Shown piece by piece: positions 53,400 through 64,000 of a DNA stretch of 64,000 nucleotides. The notes below the pieces were generated by a model, which worked only from the letters and a program-made list of their open reading frames with translations, ran no database searches and was not told where the DNA came from. The stretch is from Octopus vulgaris. Taxonomy: Eukaryota. Location: assembly GCA_951406725.2 (NCBI GenBank), contig OX597818.1, forward strand, positions 66,278,001 through 66,342,000. The letters run 5' to 3'. Each line of letters starts with the position of its first letter. Positions within the stretch are counted from its first letter, which is position 1. Made by a program: the position numbers and the translations under genes.

Positions 53400-54490
53400 C
53401 TCTTTTCTTCTGAAGTAATGTTGTCGCGGATTCTGGGCATCAATTAACCGACAACAGAGATATTGAAATGTACTTGCGTTATAATGCATACTCTTTTCTT
53501 CGTCCCATTTCTATAGGGCATCTCTGCCCCTATGTACACAATCAGGAGAATATTTCTTGACCCTTTGCACTACTTTTGTGTTGTAGGCATTGCTACTTAT
53601 TGTAGCTGTATGCGTCACTGATGGCACGTTCGAGAGAGTCACCATAAACCGCAGCAGTCCCAAAACTGTTGTCTCAGGCGCTCCGCTATGAATTACAATC
53701 TCAATAGAGAGGGATCCATTGCCTGCCACCGCCTGGCCTCTATCTATTCAGATGTCACGCAACTACTCTCCTAGTTTTCCAATTATGTCGAGTTCTGGTA
53801 TCTTGTTACGTATCATCCCATTAACCACCTTCTAATGTATAGCTTCCGTTCTGACATCACCTTTATGAATAAGACACATTATGACTTTCTTTAACTTTCT
53901 GGGAAGTCACACATTTGCGAGGAAGCTCCAGAAGTGAACATGTATTGTTTGCTAGAGTCCTTTCCAATTCTTTAAGGATTGCTGCTAATCAATCAGGGCC
54001 TGTGTCTGAAATTTAGCACATTTCATCAAAGATTACATCTGTTTTCGCTATTTTGATGTTATCAATAAGTGCCATCAGCATTTTAATCTTATCTAGGGAG
54101 TCTGCAGTCAGTGAACCATTTTCCTTGAACAGTGGCTCCACCTTCCAGTATTTTGAAGCAGAATCATCTACAAATCTATACAATTATTTCTTTATATTTT
54201 TGACAGCCCTGGCTTCTTTCACGGACCTTTCCTCTTCATGGGAGTCTTTCTTCTTTAGCATTCTATCTGGAGCAAAGTTGCTGCATATATCATGCATGGG
54301 TGTCATAACGTGCTGTATCTTTGTGTCACAATGTTGCGGAGAGAAACATAGTAGAAGTCAGTTGTTCCATGAAATCTTTCTCGCTACCCTTCCAATCGGT
54401 TTTATGAAAATTGAGGCTGGATATAATTTCTGTCCTTGCAGATTGTTGACCATGTGTTTTCCTCTCGTTTTCAAATATATTATCTAGTAG
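53400..54490 (-). mobile_element. Decayed CR1-like LINE RT fragment
   Basis: SGAPETTVLGLLRF...SNAYNTKV corresponds to SGVPQGTVLGPLLF...YADDTK. Confidence 0.65.
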
Positions 54491-54693
54491 CTTCATGTGA
54501 GGATTAATCAGGTCATAGTCACGAATTCACTCGTTTGTTTCCTTTCAGTTTGAGCCATGGTTCGGTGGAAAAGAAAACTGTGAATGGTCTCTGCAATCAG
54601 AATATTTAGCGATGATCTCCCGACCATATCCCCGTGTTCCATGCAAGAAAAATCGTTTTAATTTTTTTCAAATTGCCAGTATATATCTTCATT

Positions 54694-54763
<70 letters not shown>

Positions 54764-55546
54764 AAACAGGTTGCTTGACCGCATACCGAAAAGATAGAAA
54801 TAGCAGTCAAGAATGCTTATTTCTATCAAAGTTGGACTCCGGGCATGACATATATTTACATACCGAATTCTACCAGTAAATAATTGGGGTTTTTTTAAAA
54901 GCCTTTATAGAAATTATTTGCTCTTATCATTATATTACTATTTGGATTTTTCACTCCCTTTGACAACCTAACTGTAATGCGCATGGCAAAATTTTGGAGG
55001 GAAGATTTATGAATTCAAACGTCTATGTAGGTTTAGCCTCTGCTCACTTTCTTCAAATATTTTGATGTCGCATGGTCAGAAGGTTTGAGGTACGTAGCAT
55101 TTGATAAATCTATGATAAATCTTTTTCAATGGAAAGCTGTGCTGAAGAAGGATGTGAAATATATATGCAATATATATGAAATATATTTCAAAAATATATG
55201 GAATATATATTCAATATGTTTATAATCCAGAAACATGATGTTCACAGATAACCGCCAGACTTCGTATTCGTTATCTATTCCTTCTGTTTTGCATATGTGA
55301 GTTACAGGGTCTGTCATGCCCGGAGTCCAACTTTGATAGAAATAAGCATTCTTGACTGCTATTTCTATTTTTTCGGTATGCGGTCAAGCAACCTGTTTTG
55401 CCTGTCCCTTTTTCTTATATACAATATATATACTGAACTTTACAGAAGTTCCTGCCGGTAATCGGCTATATTTACATACCGAATTCTACCAGTAAATAAT
55501 TGGGTTTTTTTTTTAAAAGCCTTTATAGAAATTATTTACTCTTATC

Positions 55547-55553
<7 letters not shown>
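54764..55553 (+). mobile_element. Penelope-terminal-repeat/retrozyme-like unit (616-bp period) with an inverted 5' segment and a hammerhead
   Basis: Direct repeat 54851-54935 / 55467-55553; inverted repeat 54764-54850 / 55312-55398; flanked by (TA)n. Confidence 0.85.
55137..55247 (+). ncRNA. Hammerhead ribozyme with ~80-nt AT-rich stem II region
   Basis: CTGTG CTGAAGA aGGAT...ATCCa GAAAC ATGAT GTT CACAG. Confidence 0.7.
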
Positions 55554-55598
<45 letters not shown>

Positions 55599-56019
55599 TG
55601 AAGATATATACTTGCATTAGGCATTAGGCACATATCTTTGAAGCACTAATCTTGTATAATCGAATTTAACTCCTCATTTACACATTAATTTTTTGTTTAA
55701 CCAAGATTTGTAATGTACTTCATTACACACATTTACATATTTTCTAAATATGTAAATATTACTCGAGTGATGCGTCTCATGTCATCTAGCTCCTGGTTAA
55801 ACATAACCCTTATATTTATTTCTAACTTCTATATTAAATAAACAAAGAAATGTATGAATTATTTGTGTGACCTCTAACCCTGTCATTTTCAAAATTTCTT
55901 TATGTAACATTATTATGTCATTTCTATATATTTTATGCAAGTCTACTTAAATGTGTGTGCGCCTGCATGTAAGTATATATTTGTGCATGTATGTATATAT
56001 ATTATTTAACTTGTGTACC

Positions 56020-56445
56020 TTCGTTAGACTGCAGCCGCGCTGGGGCACGGCCAAGTTGAAATTTTAGTCGAATGAATCGAACCCAGTAATATTTTGGTGT
56101 TTTAAGTCTGGCAAGTATTCTTTTGGACCCTTTTGCTCAAACGCTATTTTACATTGACTTAAAAAACCCAACTCCGTTTGCCAAACGTTGACGAGAGACG
56201 AACACAAGCACAAATTCCTATACCACACGCCATCGCAACCGCGCGTACACACACATATACATATATATGTACGTTTTTGTAAATATACACACATACGACG
56301 GGCTTCTTTTAGTTTCCGTTTACCAGATCCACTCAAAAACACTTGTTTCTCCAACGCTACAACAGAAGACAGTGGCTAAATTGCCATCCTGTGAGAATGT
56401 ACTCGATACCATGTGGTGGGGAGATAAGGTCCTTACGACATGTAT
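56020..56445 (-). mobile_element. Diverged SINE family A
   Basis: gactgcagccgcgctggggcac...ttagtcgaatgaatcga...cgacgggcttcttttagtttccg...accatgtgg. Confidence 0.7.
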
Positions 56446-56796
56446 TTCTTTATCCAACTCGTATCCCTAGATGTTTTATAGTGAAGAGGGACTAGATTAA
56501 AATTTGAGAATAAAACGAAATGCAAATATTCGTAATGTAGTAATATTTGTTACAGTAACGCTATAATTTGCTATGCATTATCAATGACGTTAAATCGGGC
56601 ATTTCACGAGAACCGCTTTGCTGTGGTTGACTCTTTTATATTTAAGGGTTAGTTACTAGATCTTTCTCCGTAATAATTGTAGAAGTAAATCTCACCGTAT
56701 TCTCATATCCATGTTGAAAATTACATGAGACGCTACATTTCTTCAAGTTAGCTAACGACTGTTATCGTACTTGGAAGATTCTTGGAGAGTCCTTAC

Positions 56797-56997
56797 AAAA
56801 GAAAATTGGGTATTATTGCACGAGCAATAATATCTGAACAACAATTTAATACCAAAAATTTATTATCAACGTAAGACATTTCACACATTATTTCCACGCA
56901 TTTCATTTGCAATAAATTTGTTAAGTAAAATAGCAAGGTAAATGAACGTAGAAAATAGTAAAATGGTAAATATTTTATTATGCGACAATCAATAAAT
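56797..56997 (-). CDS. Candidate exon (201 nt, symmetric)
   Basis: gtgtttttctctttag acceptor, |gtaagg donor, open frame FIDCRIIKYLPF...CCSDIIARAIIPNFL; very AT-rich, no recognisable domain. Confidence 0.25.
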
Positions 56998-58172
56998 CTA
57001 AAGAGAAAAACACAATAAACTGTCATTAGGATTATCCTCTTTATCAACATTATGTTCACCATAATGTTGATATAGAGACTTTATCTTCATCATAGTGGCC
57101 ATGTGAGAAAACAATATTAAATACAGAGTGCAGCGGAAAATACTCTCCTATTTTACACGGCCATCGGTTTGGTGGTCAGGAAGTTAGACAGGGTGAAACC
57201 ATGTCCTTATGAGAATGTTTAATATCATTTACTTTCAGTTTCTATTCGGGTTCGGAATGCTATATTTCCTGCATTTGCCTTTGAAATGTTTATCAGAATC
57301 CGTTTGTCTAAGAGATTATTCGCTGCTCAGCATTATGCAGAAGCAGCAAGCAATGTTGCACAACCAAGCTGAGCACTACTTTTATAATAATTTATTAAAT
57401 GTGTTAAGTTGACTTAAACAAATAATTAAGAATCCTGATAAGGAAATGGGAACAGAAAACACACATTGCAAACAATTTAGGGTCTTACAATTAATACATC
57501 AGTGGCATATTTGATGAGATATTTCTACAGGAGTCAATAATCGGAAGCAATGTCTCGACACCCATTCTTTATGCAAAGGAATTCAATCTAAAATTGTGAT
57601 ATTTCTAAGCATTTTGAAAGGAAGAATGTAATGGATTTAGTAAACGTTTTTGTACATTTGTGAAGAATTTTCCACCTTAATCTAGTGTTTAAATAATCAG
57701 GACAAAAGATCCTCCAGTATCCTTATTGACATATGATTCATATTTGTCTTAACGTGGACAACCGCAATTATTTGTGTTTCTAATAAGTACACGAACTTAT
57801 TATTCATACTTCATTATTGAGCCTCGCATTCAAATATCTCCAGGCAAGTACATGCAAATAGAGAAGCACGTACGAATACATACATATATACATATACAAA
57901 AGCCAACATGCTTCAGTATATATATATATATATTTGTGTGCGTGAGTATGTGCGTGTTTATTTGTGTATGTCTGTAATGACGCTGTAATTCTAGACGCCA
58001 TATTCCTTGAAATAAATGAACTAATTGAATGGTTTATGTACTTTAAAATCAGCGTGCAATATTTACATTTTATTAAATAAAAGCATTCCAGGTAATTAGT
58101 TTTTCTTTGGACCTACTGAAAACGTTAGAATAATGCAATTAAATTATGTTCATTACAAATAATTTACTTGCT

Positions 58173-58235
<63 letters not shown>

Positions 58236-58758
58236 TACATATATATATATATATACATACATATATATATATATACATACATATATATATATATATATAC
58301 ATACATACACATATATATATATATATATAAATATACATATATATACATATATACATATCTGCATATATATATATACATATATATGCATGTCTGCATATAT
58401 ATATATACATACATATACATATCTGCATATATATATATATACATACATATACATATCTGCATATATATATATATATACATATACATATCTGCATATATAT
58501 ATACATATATATATATATATTCATATATATATACATATATGCATACATATATACATATATATTTATATATATACATATACATATATATATATATATACAT
58601 ATATGCATATATGTATATTTATATATGCATATATATATATATATATACATACATATATATATATACACCTATATATAAACGTATATATATATATATTTGT
58701 ATATATAGGTGTGTATACATATATGGATATATATATACATATACATATACATGTATAC

Positions 58759-58790
<32 letters not shown>

Positions 58791-59380
58791 ATGTATATAT
58801 GTATGAATGTATTTTCTTCTCTGTAATACGGAATGTACATATTTGCAAGTAATTAGAAGAAATGAATTGCAAAATACTGCGACACGTTTATTTTGATTTA
58901 AATTTGGTGGTGTATAATGTGCAGAGAGGAGAAAATTTTATTTAAATATAATACAAAACAAACACGCAGCTGAAATAATTTATATCAATTTACAATGCAG
59001 TTTTTTAACACTTAAATCTCAAAGTATTAGTGATGCTTGAGAAAATGGGGTAACATGAATTATTGTTAGATGTAAGGCTATGATGCATAGTTAAATATTT
59101 ATTAAACAAATTTGCTTCCTACGTAATGACAGTATATATGACTTGTGTAGATATTTGTTTGTTGGTTTTCCGTTGAAATGAAAAGTCTTGTGGATGCAAG
59201 AGTAGTCGCCATTCTGCTTAGAGGTAGGACTACGATATTCAAAACAGAACACGTTGTACTCAATGAGAAGTTATGAAAATCAACGATGTTAAGGATTAAG
59301 AATTAGCGTTTCTAAAAGAAACGTAAAGGGTAAGAAGAAGTGTTTAATTTTACCTGTGTTTCTATTAGTTTATAGGATTA

Positions 59381-60507
59381 CTAGTATTAAAGACCCGTCG
59401 TTGCCGGGTGCTAGTGCATGTATATATGTGTATATATATGTGTACATATTACATGTACATCTATCTATCTATATATATATATATATATCTACACATAAAA
59501 TACAAAATACAAAGTTATATCTTGATATCGCTAGTGATAACAATACTCAAAATATATAACAGACTGGAATTGTTAGCCCGTTTCTTGTAATTTCGATCAA
59601 CTGTATCTTGTCCTCCCTCTTGTATAGAAGTGTGGCTACAATCCGACGTCTGCAGCGAAATTCATTTTTGGACTTTCTTCTATCGAACATATTTTAACAA
59701 AAATACTTCCGCGTAAACGGTGAAAATATTGTCAATTTCCCCAAACAGGGACACAATTCAATTTTTAAACAATAACCAAAGCTCCTTCTCCCAAAGGGGG
59801 AGGGTTACGTTTTACAATTATTTAACAAATGCAACACAACAACGCTTCCCTTACGATGAACCAACACACATGATAACAATAGTTAAACAGAAATAATAAT
59901 AACAACAAACCTTACGGTAAACCAAAAACCAGTACTCTGTTGAAGCTATAGGCCTTCATGTATCAGAAATAAACTAACAGCGGTACTCAGTAGAATGCTT
60001 AATGCTAGCTAATTAGCAAACAATCTAATGTAAAAGCCGTGCACACCTCCATCTGGACTATTCCATTTAAATTTTATATTTTATTTATTCCCATTCATGT
60101 GAAACCACTTATTCAAGTTCAAGTCATTGATGCAATTTTATACCAATTGCTATATTTTTACTTTTGTTATGTTACGATAATATTATACTTTAGTTTGATT
60201 TTAATTATTACTTACTACATATAATTCAATTGTTATTATTATTTTTATTGTTAAAGTGACAGTATCTGACATAAAATAGAGAAATGTTTTTGTTTCACTT
60301 TTAACACGTAATACTGAAATAGTGGAGAAGAAATGATATTGCTATGGGCTCGCTCTAGGCAAGCAGCTGGACATTAGTTTTGCCCATGAAACTACATGGA
60401 CCCTACGTAAGGCATGTGTAAAATTCGAATGAAATTGGTTGTGTAGTTCTCAAGTTTTAGGGAAACACACAGACAGACACACATTCTCAGTTTTATATAT
60501 ATAAAGA
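59381..60507 (-). mobile_element. Non-autonomous Helitron
   Basis: Minus strand starts A|TC (60507) and ends with hairpin acccggcaacgacgggt, a short spacer and CTAG|T (59381); no TSD. Confidence 0.7.
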
Positions 60508-60629
60508 TCACTGTTTCGTCCAATTGGCGGATTTTCCATATTTCGCATTGCAATAATTTTTTGAGAAAGGAGTTATATATGTTACAGTTTTTGTCTTTGA
60601 CGAGCCTGAATAAATCATTAGAGTTTGAG

Positions 60630-60930
60630 ATTTCTCAAAGATAAGAAAATAAAAAGTATGCTGGCAGGATGAAATTGAATATTATAAATATAAATTAATT
60701 ATCAGTGTTCAAGCGCGTTCAAACTCTCCATTTTCTGAAAGAAAGTGGAATTGAGTTTAGCCTCAAATGGGAAATAATGAGAAAATCTCAGCCTTATAGA
60801 AATAGCAGATATGGTTGTGAGCTGTGCTGTGTGGAAACATGAAATTTATAAGCATGAAGATAAAGGCAACCTGATTAATAATCGACTAGACCTTAAGGTA
60901 TCATGTGTACATAAGTGCCACCCGTATCTT
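60630..60930 (+). mobile_element. Penelope-like GIY-YIG C-terminal fragment
   Basis: LKESGIEFSLKWEIMRKSQPYRNSRYGCELCCVE...LINNRLDLKVSCVHK matches the PLE W-x-I...PY...C-x-LC-x2-E...LN-x-R...C-x-H pattern. Confidence 0.7.
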
Positions 60931-60949
60931 TGAATATTTTAGAAAGTAG

Positions 60950-61075
60950 CTGACAAGGCTTTGGTCGGCTTGAGGTTATAGTAGAATACACTTCCCCAAG
61001 GTGCCCTGTAGTGGGATTGAACTCGGAACGAGGCGGTTAATAAGCAAGCTGCTTACCACACAGCCACTCCTGCAC
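60950..61075 (-). mobile_element. SINE family A head
   Basis: cttaccacacagccactcctgca; acaaggctttggtcggc. Confidence 0.8.
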
Positions 61076-61459
61076 ATATACAATTACAATAATATATAGG
61101 AACTGTCCGGAAAAATGTATATAAAGACGACGAAAATAGCTGTTTGAAATGAATTATTAAGACATCAATCGACCAAAAATATTCCCCATTTATTAAAATT
61201 ACATCCAAATAGTCATTTCTTTAAAATGAAGCAATCTACGATAGGTCCTATATCGAAGGAGCATAAGAGTGTTCTATAAAATAGTAATAGAAACTCCATA
61301 TCTGTGACCATTTCCGGACTTCATTGCTGCGATTCGAATGCAAGTGAAAGCACATCTCGTCAATGACTTACACATCAGGATGTACAGAACTCTCTAGGAA
61401 TTTCACAATCAAGTAGTTCATAAGAATTACCATACAGGTGCAATTTTTATTTATAACAT

Positions 61460-61830
61460 ACTAACAGAGATACCCGGCGTTGCCCGTGTTGCATACAATT
61501 GAAGAATCAGACTTTTCACTAATGAACTGGAATATCTATGTTTCAAATTTCATCAAAATTGCAGATGAGGGTTATTTCCATTTTTACACACCCCCGAAAA
61601 ATTGTCATCGTGCCACATATATCCCATATTACTGATTTTTATGCGCATATTCCAAAATTCCAGTTTTATTGAACCTGCTAAAAAGGTTTTGCTTCTGGTA
61701 AATGAAGGTAATAGAGCTCTAAAATGTGAGAGTTAAGGCCCCTGTTGGGGTGGGCATCATAATGTCAACCAGAGAAGTTGAATTGTTGAGAATCTTTTTT
61801 ACTTGGGTCTTACATCTATTGTTTGAATTT
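61460..61830 (-). mobile_element. Helitron-like 3' end
   Basis: actaacagagatacccggcgttgcccgtgt, same hairpin family with CTAG decayed to TTAG; extent uncertain. Confidence 0.45.
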
Positions 61831-62761
61831 CTTTGAAATAGGAAATAATGGCCACTGGGTTTCTAAAAGAGAACACAGCTACAGGAAACCAAAAGACGAA
61901 TGATCACAATAAGCAGTCAGTTACCCTACACTAGTCGTTACCACTCCCAATGTAGGATTCCTCACCATCCAGGTGGCAGGCACAGCCGTAAGATGCATTA
62001 CGAATCTATAGCAATTGGAAGGGCGTGACTCAACTGAAATCAACATTAACAACTGTGTGACGTGAGGGCTTAGGAGAAATTAAAGTGTCACCTCTGGGGT
62101 TTGCAAATGACTACTAAACTGATACCTAACTGGACAGAATGAATTTACAATCTATAAATGTCTTTGAATAACCAGTCACTCATCTGGGAAAGCCTTAAAA
62201 TCAATGTAAGCATCTTTAGACTATGTGAGACCTAGAGATAATAAAAAGACTGAAAGGAGGTCTGCAATCCAAAAACTTTACTCAACACTTTGCAACTGAA
62301 TCAGTGGAGGCAATGATGCCTCTCATTTACTTAACAATTTATGAACTATATTGCAGAAATCACAATGTAAGTGTATGTCAAAGCAAACTGTTACATTGCT
62401 GTACCATTGAATTAGAAATAATGCCCAACTCTTAGGCTCGGGTGACCCTACAGCTTCCAAGAGCACAACTGTATTCGTTTTTGCTTTGATAAAAGGACAA
62501 AATTGTGGGTGTTAAGTCCCCATAGAGCGGTCTTTCTAACTTGTAAGAAGATGACATTTTATAAATGTTACTTCATTTGTGTCTAATATCTATGGTTAAA
62601 ATGTCATCAACAGCAAAATTATATGAATTGTCATGGGGGTAATTACCCTTATGCATAGAATATAATTTCCAAATTGCATAACCATCCATTCAGTATATTT
62701 GACCTAGTTTTAGATCATAAAAGAAATTACTAAAATTTGGGAGTTAAAGCCCCCATTAGGG

Positions 62762-62801
<40 letters not shown>

Positions 62802-62812
62802 ATGTGTATGTT

Positions 62813-62855
<43 letters not shown>

Positions 62856-62860
62856 ATATA

Positions 62861-62899
<39 letters not shown>

Positions 62900-62984
62900 T
62901 GATAGGTAGATAGATATACACACACATACAAAGATAAATTGATAGATACAACTGATTGGGCAAACAAAAATATGAGACATAGCC

Positions 62985-63190
62985 TAGTGCATTTTTATGT
63001 TGATAAGCCTGGTACTTATTGTATTAGTTTGTTCTTGAGAAACCAGTAAGTTACGTGGATGTAAATAAATGAACAGCAGTTGTGAAGCAGTGATGGGGGC
63101 GAAACACAGACACAAAGATACACACATACACTTGCGTATATACATATATATAAGATTGATTTGTTTCAGTTCCTGTCTACGAAGTCCATA
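62985..63190 (-). mobile_element. Diverged SINE family A internal fragment
   Basis: ggtacttatt...aaacacagacacaaagatacaca...tttcagttcctgtctac. Confidence 0.55.
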
Positions 63191-63204
63191 TATATTGTTG
63201 CTGG

Positions 63205-64000
63205 GATCCTTTTTGTCTCGGGTGACAATGGACTTGCGCATAAAATAATCTAGTCCGGATTTTAAGATTTCATGTCCTAATACATCTCCTGCTGTGGCTG
63301 TGTGGTCCTATCCTGGACAAACACTCCCTCTGGCAGGTGCCGCAACTGTAGCGAAGACTTTGCCTGGCAGGTTGTATGTCATGCGTTCTTGTTGACGTCT
63401 TTTCTTGTCTTCCCATTTCCCCTCTCCCTCTATGTCACTCCTTTGTGTTCCCTCTTTTACGGTACGTCGTCAATCTCCACTGTTGCTGGCAAATGCTTCC
63501 CAGTTGCTAATATTGATGTTGCAGGCATTCATGTCCTTTTTGCAAAAATCTTTCGATCGTAAGAACATTCTTCCCACAGACCTAGTGCCCCTAGTTGGCT
63601 CTCCGTAGGGTATGTCCTTTTGGATTCTGCCATCTTCCATACGGCTAACATGACCAAGCCAGTTCATACGTCTTTGCGTGAGGAGTGTAAACATGCTTGG
63701 TACTCCTGCTTGCTTGAGGACATTTTTGTTGGGGACATGATTCTGCCATTTGATGCGAAGAATTTCCCGGAGGCAGCGCAGGTGAAAGATATTTAGGCGA
63801 CGTATGGCGTCGTATGCCGTGTGTATGGCGTCCAAGTCTCATTTCCATACAGTAGAGTGCTAAGTACACATGCCTGGTAAATCTTCATTTTTGTGGTCTT
63901 GGTCAGCTTATTGTTGTCCCATGCCCGTTTGGATAGTTGGGGCATCACAGCAGTTGCCTGCCAATGCGTATCTTGAGCTTAGCATCAAGGGATAGGTTGT
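63205..64000 (-). mobile_element. RTE-clade LINE 3' portion, decayed, continues beyond the window end
   Basis: RLNIFHLRCLREILRIKWQNHVPN...RRMNWLGHVSRMEDGRIQKDI.YGE is the characteristic RTE C-terminal region; frameshifts present. Confidence 0.9.

Noticed and set aside
58139-58872. Long YI/IY/CV-rich ORFs here and at 10.6-11.4, 16.8-17.3, 19.7-21.4, 39.1-39.8 and 62.7-63.0 kb
   Set aside because: Translations of (TA)n/(CA)n microsatellites, which lack stop codons.

Overview
AT-rich, microsatellite-saturated eukaryotic DNA, most likely Octopus (the tRNA-derived SINE families look like octopod SINEs; recognised from memory, not searched). Almost all long ORF-track entries are translated (TA)n/(CA)n/(TAA)n noise. 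The only long intact ORF is a ~1270-aa R4/Dong-clade non-LTR retrotransposon (RT, CCHC knuckle, restriction-like endonuclease) at 760-4572 (-). It sits in a (TAA)n array with at least three more 5'-truncated, co-oriented insertions. The window also holds a full-length decayed mariner, a decayed Tc1, CR1-like and RTE LINE fragments, Penelope-like RT/GIY-YIG remnants, non-autonomous Helitrons and about 15 SINEs. Several isolated splice-flanked open frames may be exons of an unidentified host gene. The most notable hidden signal is a set of type I hammerhead ribozymes. A 364-bp tandem/inverted non-coding unit at 17.8-18.7 kb carries a core with the compensatory U3-A8 pair and a palindromic stem III (retrozyme/Penelope-terminal-repeat-like). 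A diverged relative lies at 28.8-29.2 kb, and canonical-core hammerheads with long stem II lie at 29.4, 38.2 and 55.1 kb.
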